Below, in pieces: positions 56,236-64,000 of a stretch of DNA of 64,000 nucleotides. Both the position numbers and the translations under genes were made by a program. A model generated the notes under the pieces. The model searched no databases and had not been told where the DNA came from. It saw nothing but the letters and a program-made list of their open reading frames with translations. Each line of letters begins with the position of its first letter. Within the stretch, counting starts at the first letter, position 1. This DNA is from the human T2T-CHM13v2.0 reference genome, Homo sapiens: assembly GCF_009914755.1 (NCBI RefSeq), contig NC_060928.1, one strand, 5' to 3'.

Positions 56236-57702
56236 ATGGGGAATGCTGCTCCCTTCCCCCAGGGAGCCCTCTGGGAAAGATCCTGTTGGATTGGAAACAG
56301 TATGGGTACCCTCCCATTACTAAAAAGAAAATGATTCACTATTGTAATACGGTTTAGCCAACATATGTTTTGGGATCTGGGGAATGGTGGCCAATTTTTT
56401 GATCTTTAAGCTACTTTACTATCTATCAGAACAGTTTTGTCAGTGTCAGGGAAGACAGGCAGAAGAGCCTTATGTACAAGCGTTTATGTTACTGCATAAT
56501 CAAGAGGTCAAAGGAAATAAGCTAATGGTGCAGCACTCAGACAAGGTTTGTCTCAAGTCCCAGGGAGAGGGAGAAAAGGAATTAGAGACTCAACAAGTGT
56601 TAAATGTACTTAACCCAGTAGGTGGCGACCCAGAGGGAGCCAATGCCCCGCCACTGGCTCAGAAGGGGGAAGGGCCTTCACCCCTGGAATAGGAGGAGGC
56701 TGCAAAAATAGTCTCTCCCTCCCATAATAGACAAGGCACTAATTTTGACTGGGGAGACACTGAGCCTGGAGCAGGGCAATTTTCCCTCCAACAATATCCT
56801 GTGGGAGTTCATTAGCAAGGAGCTCCGGCAGGATATTATTGGGCATATAGTCCTTTTCCATGTCTGATTTACTGAATTGGAAAAATTCCAATTCTTCCTA
56901 CAGGGTGGATCCCCAGAAAATGACCGAATTGTTTACTGCTATCTTTGCTACCCATCGCCTTACATGGGCTGATGTGCAAGCTCTCCTAAACATCATGCTC
57001 ACGGCAGATGAGAGAAGGCTAGTGTTAGAAGGCTAGTGTTAGAGGAGGCATAGTGCCTTCATGATGAAAGCCCCAATGATAGCCCAGACCTTAAAGAGGC
57101 AACTCCCTGAACTGACCTAAATTGGGATCCTAATGAGGCAGGTGGAGCTGGGATGAATCATCTGGAACACTATAGAAAGTGCATCCTAAAGGGCATTGGA
57201 TCAAGGGTGCCAAGACCTGAAAGTCTGAGCAAAGTATAGGCACTTTAGCAGACACCTATTGAGGACCCCTCAGAATTTATGGAACAGATCTGTCAGACAT
57301 ATAGAAAGTATACAGAGTTAGACCCACAGGACCCTGAAAACATTAGAATGGTGAATATGACCTTTACAGGGCAAAGTGCCCCAGACATTAGGAAGAAACT
57401 ACAAAAAGTGGAGGCGGCTGTTGGAATGAAGCTTCCCAATTAATCAACATTGCATTCAAGGTATATAATAGCAGGGAGGCCAAGGAAACCAAGGCACTTC
57501 AGCAGGCAGCTGTACTCCTGGCAGCTGCAGGAGGAAACCCGAGAAAAAAGGACCCCCAAGGCAGAAAGGGAAAATAGAAAAGGACCAGTACGCTTACTGT
57601 CAGGAAATAGGGCACCGGAAGAGAGACTGCCCCAAGTTAACTCAGAAGGAACCCAGGTCACTTATGGCTGTCAAGCCCAAAAATGAATCCGAGGAAGATT
57701 GA
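56236..57702 (+). pseudogene. ERV1 gag remnant
   Basis: ATGGGGAAT (MGN myristoylation-type start), MHR-like QTPIEDPSEFMEQI, degenerate zinc knuckle YAYCQEIGHRKRDC (57589-57630), TGA-GGGTGCCC gag/pro junction; many stops. Confidence 0.8.
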
Positions 57703-60700
57703 GGGTGCCCAAGACTCCCAGCAGCTCCAACTCTAACTGACATCAAAATTTCCCCAAAGGAGCCTTGGTTAAAGTTGATACTGGTGCTAGTTATTCAGTA
57801 GTTAATACACCAATAACTGAGCTTTCTGATACTTTCTGTCAGTATAGTCAGCGTAAGTGGGCAATTGAAATCAGAACAGTTCCTGCAACCCCTTTCATGT
57901 AAAGTGGGCAACAATTTGATAATTCACCAATTCGTTTATGTGCCAGACTGCCTGATACCTTTACTTAGCAGAGATTTACTATGCAAGTTAGAGACTCAGA
58001 TCATCTTCCGCCCAAGAGAAACGTCAGCTGTGTCTTCAAATGCCTCCAGAGCATGGACTGCAGCTGCAAGCACTGCTGGTGAGCACTGAGGCCCCACACC
58101 CTGAGGTAGAGGCAATTCCTCAAGAAGTCTTTGACAAGGTGAAGCCAGAGGTCTGGGCATGAGACCAACCTGAGAGGGAAATTAATGTGAGTCCAATAAA
58201 AAACAAACTGAAGGAAGGGCCCCAACCTATCCGGAAAAAAGCAATACCCCTTAAAGAAGGAAGTCTTGGAAGTTATCCAGCCAGCATTAATCTGGTTTTT
58301 GCAATATGGCTTAATAAGACCTTGTCAGTCCTCATACGATACTCCTTTCCTGCCATTAAAGAAGCCTCATTCCCATAAGTATAGGTTTGTGCAAGATCAC
58401 AGAGCTATTAATGATACTGTGGAAGACATTCACCCCATCGTGGCTAACCCATACACTATGTTTGCTTCACTACCTAAGGATCACGAATGGTTTACAGTGC
58501 TAGACTTAAAGGATGCCTTCTTTTGCATACCAGTAGAAATAGAAAGCCAACTATTGTTTGCTTTCGAGTGGACAGACCCTGAGACAGCTGCACAGTTTCA
58601 ATATTGCTGGACTGTGCTCCCTCAAGGGTTTAAAAACTCCCCAAGTATATTTGGAGAGGCTTTGATTCAAGACTTGAGAGGCTTACAATTAGAAAATGGG
58701 GTGCTACTTCAATATGTGGATGATTTATTAATTTCCAGCACCTCAAAACAAGAATGTCAAGAAAACACTGTAAAGACCCTAAACCACTTGGCAGCTTGTG
58801 AGTATAAAGTTTCAAGTAAGAAGGCCCAAATATGTAAGCAAACTATAGAATACTTAGGGTTTTTGTTACAAGAGCAGCTAGAGCCCTGACGGTGGAAAGG
58901 CTAAGTGCAATTGCCTCCATCGTGATGCCCACAACCAGGAAGCAACTAAAGGGCTTCCTAGGAATGGCAGGATTTTGTAAAATCTGGAGTCCCAATTATG
59001 GGTTAATAGTAAAGCAGCTATATCTAAAAGGAGCAGACCATGGGAAATCGAACACCAAATCACATTTGAGCAACTAAAGCATAAATTAATATCTGCTCTG
59101 GCTCCAGGACTGCCAAACCCACACAAACTTTTCCAACCTTATATGCATGAAAGACTAGGTCTAGCACTCTGGGTCTTAACACAAAAACTGGGAGAAATAC
59201 TACAGCCTGTGGCCTATTTTTCAAAGCAGCTCCATACTGTGGCTAGGGGCTGGCCCCCTTGTCTTAGGGCAGTAGCCACGACCTGCCTGTTGCTCAAGGA
59301 AGCTGAGAAGCTGACTCTAGGTCAGCCCACCATGATTTCTGTGCCACACTAAGTCTTGGCGTTGTTAGAACAAAAGGTGGCTATTGGCTAACAGCGGGCA
59401 GATTGGGCCAATATCAGGCTATCCTGCTCGATGACCCTGCAGTGAAACTGCAGACCACTGGAACCTTAAACCCCACCACTTTGCTGCCACCTACTGGGGA
59501 ATCAGAGGAACTAATACATGACTGCCCAGAAGTTATTGATCAAGTGTTTTCTAGTCCCCTAGATTTGAAGGACACAGCCCTCTCATGTGCAAACTGGACA
59601 TTGTTCGCAAACAGGAAAAGTTTAGTCATTAATGGAAGAAGGAACGCTGCCTATGCTGTAGTGAGTCTCAGAGGGAATAGAGGCAAGAACTCTCCCAACA
59701 GGGACTTCTGCACAGAAAGCTCAGTCAATCGCCCTTACCAGAGCCTTGCAACTGTCCCAAAGTAAGAGTGCCAACATCTACACTGATTCCAAATATGCCT
59801 TCATAATAGTCCATGCACAGGGTGCTATCTGGAAAGAAAGGGGCCTACTGAAGGCTGACAATACTGAAATCAAATACGCAAAGCAAGTGTTAGAGCTACC
59901 AGAGGCAATAAAGGCCCCAAGAGAAATAGCTGTTATGCGTTGCCCAGGCCATCAGTGCAACAATTCTGAAGTAGCTAGGGGAAATGCTTTCTTAGATTGC
60001 ACAGCCAGGCACCTAGCCAGCTCCAATGTTGAACTCCGGGTTCCTTTAATTCCCCAAATAGATTTGGCAGCCTTCAAACCTAGGTACAGTCTTGAGGACG
60101 AAAAGGCTACCAAGGACAAAGGGTTTATTCAGGATGAAAAATGACTGGAAATTGAATGACAAAGGCCTAATCTGGGTGTCAGAGATAAAATTTCTTTTAT
60201 CCTATTCTTTCTGTTTACACCTAGTATTGTTTCTGCATCCACTGCTAACCTCCTTCTACAATGGGCACAGGACTATGCAGACAGCCTCCAGCATGATTCC
60301 TGTTAGGTCTGTGGCCTGTTACCCCTTTCTAGCACCACCGTGGTGGGTCTCACCTATGCAAGGGAAAGATTGGAGACATTTACAAGTCTTCCTGGATTTA
60401 AAACACTGGACCGGCTCACAAATGATGGGAGTGACTAAGGCAAATGTGTCAGAATGGCTGCACAACTTTCAATGACCCAGGACATGGGTCTTTCCTTCAC
60501 CCAATACTAAAATATATTCATGATGGCACAACTTTTGGGCAAGATGCCTCATTAACTTTCATATAGAAGTATACGAAAAGGAATGAGGGCCCATTTAGAA
60601 AGTATAATCCTACGATGCCACTTTTGCACTAAAAATGAGCCCAACAACCATAATACAGGACAGCCTGGACAGCAAGGGAGAGGGAAACAACCACTAGAGA

Positions 60701-61570
60701 ATTGGCAAATTGACTTTACTCAAATGCTACCTGCCCCAGGAGGGTACAAATATCTCCTAGTTCTGGTGGACACCTTCTCAGGCTGGGTAGAGGCATACCC
60801 ATGCTGCTCTGAGTGGGCAATGGAGGTAGTTAAGGTACTGCTAAAGGAAATCATTCCTCGATATGGGTTTCCTGACATTATCCAGAGTGACAATGGACCT
60901 TCATTCACATAGGAAATCGCCCAACAAGTAAGAAAAGTGCTAGGGATAAAATGGAAGCTACACACAGCCTGGAGGCCTCAGTCCTCCAGACAAACTGAAA
61001 GAATAAATCATACCTTAAAAACAACCCTCGCCAAGCTATGTCAGGAAACACGGCTAAAGTGGCTTCAGTTGCTTGGGATTCCTCTGCTCCAGGTAAGAAT
61101 AGCTCCCAGAAGTGGGATCAAATGAAGTCCCTGTGAAATCATTTTCAGGAGGCCTTTTGTAGCCAACTTGTCCCAGGTGGCTAGAATGTCTCCAGACAAG
61201 GAACTAGCTATTAAAACTTATGCCACTCACTTGGAACAAACTCTTAATCCCTTGCATAAATTTTCTTCTAACAGAAACGTCATAGACTCCGTGGAAGCCC
61301 ACCACCCGTTCCAGTCTGGAGATCAAGTGCTGCAGAAAGAATGGAAGGAAGCTGGTCCTGCCCAACAACTACAAGAGAAATAGAAAGAGCCCTATGATGG
61401 GCTGTTGACTACCGACTCAGCACTGAAACTAGCAGGCATCAAACCTTGGGTTCATCATATGTGGGTAAAGAAATTCCAGTCGCCCAAGAACTCCACCACA
61501 GAAACACCTGTAGCCACTCAATGGGAGGCAGAGCCCCTAGAGGACCTAAAGTTTCTATTCAGAAAACGAT
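57703..61570 (+). pseudogene. ERV1 pro-pol remnant
   Basis: VDTGA protease, LDLKDAFF / LPQGFKNSP / QYVDD RT (58266..58889), NIYTDSKYAF RNase H, WQIDFT...IQSDNGPSF integrase; frameshifts and stops. Confidence 0.92.
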
Positions 61571-63015
61571 AAGAATTTCTTTTATCCTATTCTTTCTCTT
61601 TATACCTAATATTGTTTCCGCACACACTGCTAACCTCTTTCTACAATGGGCACAGGACTATGCAGACAGCCTCCAGCAGGATTCCTGTTGGGTCTGTGGC
61701 CTGTTACCCCTTTCTAGCACCACAGTTTACTGTGGTGGGTCTCACCTATGCAAGGGAAATATTAGAGACATTTACAAGTCTTCCCGGATTTAAAACACTG
61801 GACTGGGTCACAAATGATGGGAGTGACTAGGGCAAATGTGTCAGAATGGCCCATAAACAACTTTAAATGACCCTTTAAATGACATGAAAAGCCATTCTTG
61901 ATTAACATAACAAGAGACGAAGTTATAGCACTAGCTACTCCCTTGTTAGAACCAAAAGTGCCCATCCAAACTTTTAAACCCCAAAATGTTTGATACCAGA
62001 GTGGCTTTCTCCAAATTTGGGTTGGGCTCATATGGTTAACCACCTCTACTGGGCACTTGAGTCAACTAGCCCCCTTGTGTTGGGAACAATGAAACCACTC
62101 CCTTGACCACTGACCCAATGCCACATGGGTTATGGGATGGATTCTCCCAGATCGGTGCCAACATATTATAGCACTCCAGCAAAGGGATGTATTTGCCACA
62201 GATTGGTCTCAACGGCCCGGCCTAAAGATTGGGAGCAATGGCCCAGTATGCTCCCAACAGGACTCAATGGCTTTGTGGCACCAATTTGTGGCTGTGGCTC
62301 CCTGTGGGCTGGCTAGGACGCTGGACTCTAGGCCTCCCATAGCACAAGGTTGCTGGGTAAAAAAAAAAAAAAAAAAAAAATCCAGCCTGTTGTCCACATA
62401 TGATTAATAGGTGGACTAGGTCAGTCTTTCATTAGTATGATCATCTAGCTGCAATATTCATGCCCTCAGTAGGGCTAGGAACTGTCATATGGCACATAGA
62501 AGCCCTAGCTAACTTTACCAAAAGGGCTCTGAATGACAGCCTCCAGAGCATCTCTCTAATAAATACTGAAATGTGTCACATGCGGAAGGCTATTCTATAA
62601 AACCGAATGGCCTTGGACATCCTTACTGCAGCTCAAGGGGGAACTTGTGCCCTCATCAAAACTGAATGCTGTGTGTATATTCCAGATAACTCTGGGAACA
62701 TCTCCCTGGCATTAAAAGATGTGCACCAGCAAATTCAGGCCATCTCCAGCCTAGAGCTGTCACTAAATGATTTCTTGCATCATGGTTTGGTGGAAGGCCC
62801 TCTTGTGGCAGAAAATTCTGATGTTCTTAGCCTTTCCTAGGCATAGGAGTCACTTTATGCTGTGGAATGTATTGTTACGGTGTGCTGTTTCAGAACATTC
62901 CTTGGACTCATGCAGTTATGTTTCAACAGGTGCTACCCCTAAGACTCTGAAATGAAAAATACTTCAGAGAACAGGTGGACCTCTTCCACTCCAACCCCAA
63001 GTTCAAGAACCCCTG
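61446..63015 (+). pseudogene. env remnant, ERVPABLB-1/envR(b)-like
   Basis: Signal peptide RISFILFFLFIPNIVSA, CWVC (CXXC), furin-like RWTR (62409-62420), ISD L*NRMALDILTAAQGGT, CX6CC CALIKTECC; stops, frameshifts and an A-run. Confidence 0.88.
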
Positions 63016-63126
63016 ATGACGACCCCTCTCAGCAGGAAGTAGCCAGAATTATCACAACATCCAGTACCCCAGCAGCTCCTCTGGCACAAGCATGACAGAA
63101 ATCATGCACAAATTGACAGTGGGGAT

Positions 63127-63840
63127 TCTGGCAGCCCAATTCTCCTTGACAATCACACAGAAAAGTCTGTATGACAATCACACAGACAGGCCTGCGTAGC
63201 ACTTCAGTTACACAGACTAAGTTCCACAGAGCTGCCTTAACATTGAGCAAATAGTTAAACCTAGGGAAATCAGTGCCCAGACATCAAAGCTAGAAATGAA
63301 ACGTATGGTCAGTAGGAGCCTTGCATGGGCTTCTCCGTAACCTAGAGCAAACCAAAATAAAGAGACAGTCTTGCATTTCTAGTGCCAGGACCCATCTCGG
63401 GTCGATGAAATCTGAGATGAGTCAAGGCATGAGAGGCAGCTGTTTGAATAAATTCATTGGAGCGCCTAAGGCAGATCTCCAGACCAAGCTGTAAGGGAGA
63501 TAAGATAGAAGTCATCACTGTTGTACCACAGTAGACAGGCCTTGAAGGTACTGGGCCCTTTTAATCAGACTTAGCAAGCATTTTTGTCTCTGATCTTCTA
63601 GTCGAAGCAAAATTAGTTACCAATAGGCTTAGGCAAACGCTATACTGCATGTAGGCACATAACCCCAACCTATATAAGCACTAAGAAAATTGTAACACTC
63701 TGAGTTGGTCTGGTGGAATTATCTCCGGCCTTCTCCCTGTATCCAGTTACAGCAATAAATTCCATTCTTCCCTAGTTTGTCTGCTTCCCGTTACTGGGCC
63801 ACGAGAAAACGCAGCCAGACCTGGCTTGGTTCCAGGAACA
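63127..63840 (+). mobile_element. PABL_B 3' LTR
   Basis: Homologous to 5' LTR, preceded by purine tract gacagtgggga. Confidence 0.88.
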
Positions 63841-64000
63841 TGTTCCACAGAAAATGAAAGGAGAAAACATGGCATTCAGAAAACAAGAATTTTTACACTG
63901 GAGACAACTGAAGGGAATCACCAGACTGATGGAAGGGAATCCCAGGATGACTGTGTGTCCCAGGTCTAGAGGGTGATCAGTGAGATGGCTCTCAGAGAGG

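Larger units (their letters stand above)
55130..63840 (+). mobile_element. PABL_B / HERV-R(b)-type ERV1 full-length provirus, defective
   Basis: Two LTRs, 5-bp TSD tgttc (55125-55129, 63841-63845), PBS-Arg, gag-pro-pol-env remnants; inserted in an old L1M. Confidence 0.9.

Noticed and set aside
58266-58889. 207-aa RT ORF as a functional or domesticated reverse transcriptase (also HERV-L RT 47955..48470)
   Set aside because: Fragments bounded by frameshifts within decayed pol genes; no sign of preferential preservation
61446-63015. Intact syncytin-like env
   Set aside because: Multiple stops and frameshifts, a stop inside the ISD and an A-run insertion

Overview
Human (primate) genomic DNA, not microbial. 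The window holds the 5' part of PAPSS1 (bifunctional PAPS synthase 1) on the minus strand. Coding exons 1-5 (codons 1-223, the APS-kinase domain) have GT-AG junctions and consistent phases, and a CpG-island promoter lies at about 42.0-43.0 kb. Introns are filled with L1, Alu, L2/MIR, MaLR, DNA-transposon and solo-LTR relics. Upstream of the promoter lie two complete but decayed proviruses. The first is a HERV-L with MLT2A1-type LTRs (45093-53699, same strand as PAPSS1) carrying a nested LTR10-type solo LTR and an AluY split by a HERV-K(HML-2) LTR5. The second is a PABL_B/HERV-R(b)-type ERV1 (55130-63840). The best leads are (1) a co-oriented MLT2A1 LTR with TATA box and GTAAGT donor that could splice to exon 2 and give a Met22-initiated PAPSS1 lacking the KKVK nuclear signal, and (2) a ~300-bp env copy inserted inside pol of the PABL_B provirus, apparently dating from integration. 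Repeat subfamily names come from recall of consensus sequences, not a database search. No intact novel protein-coding system is evident.
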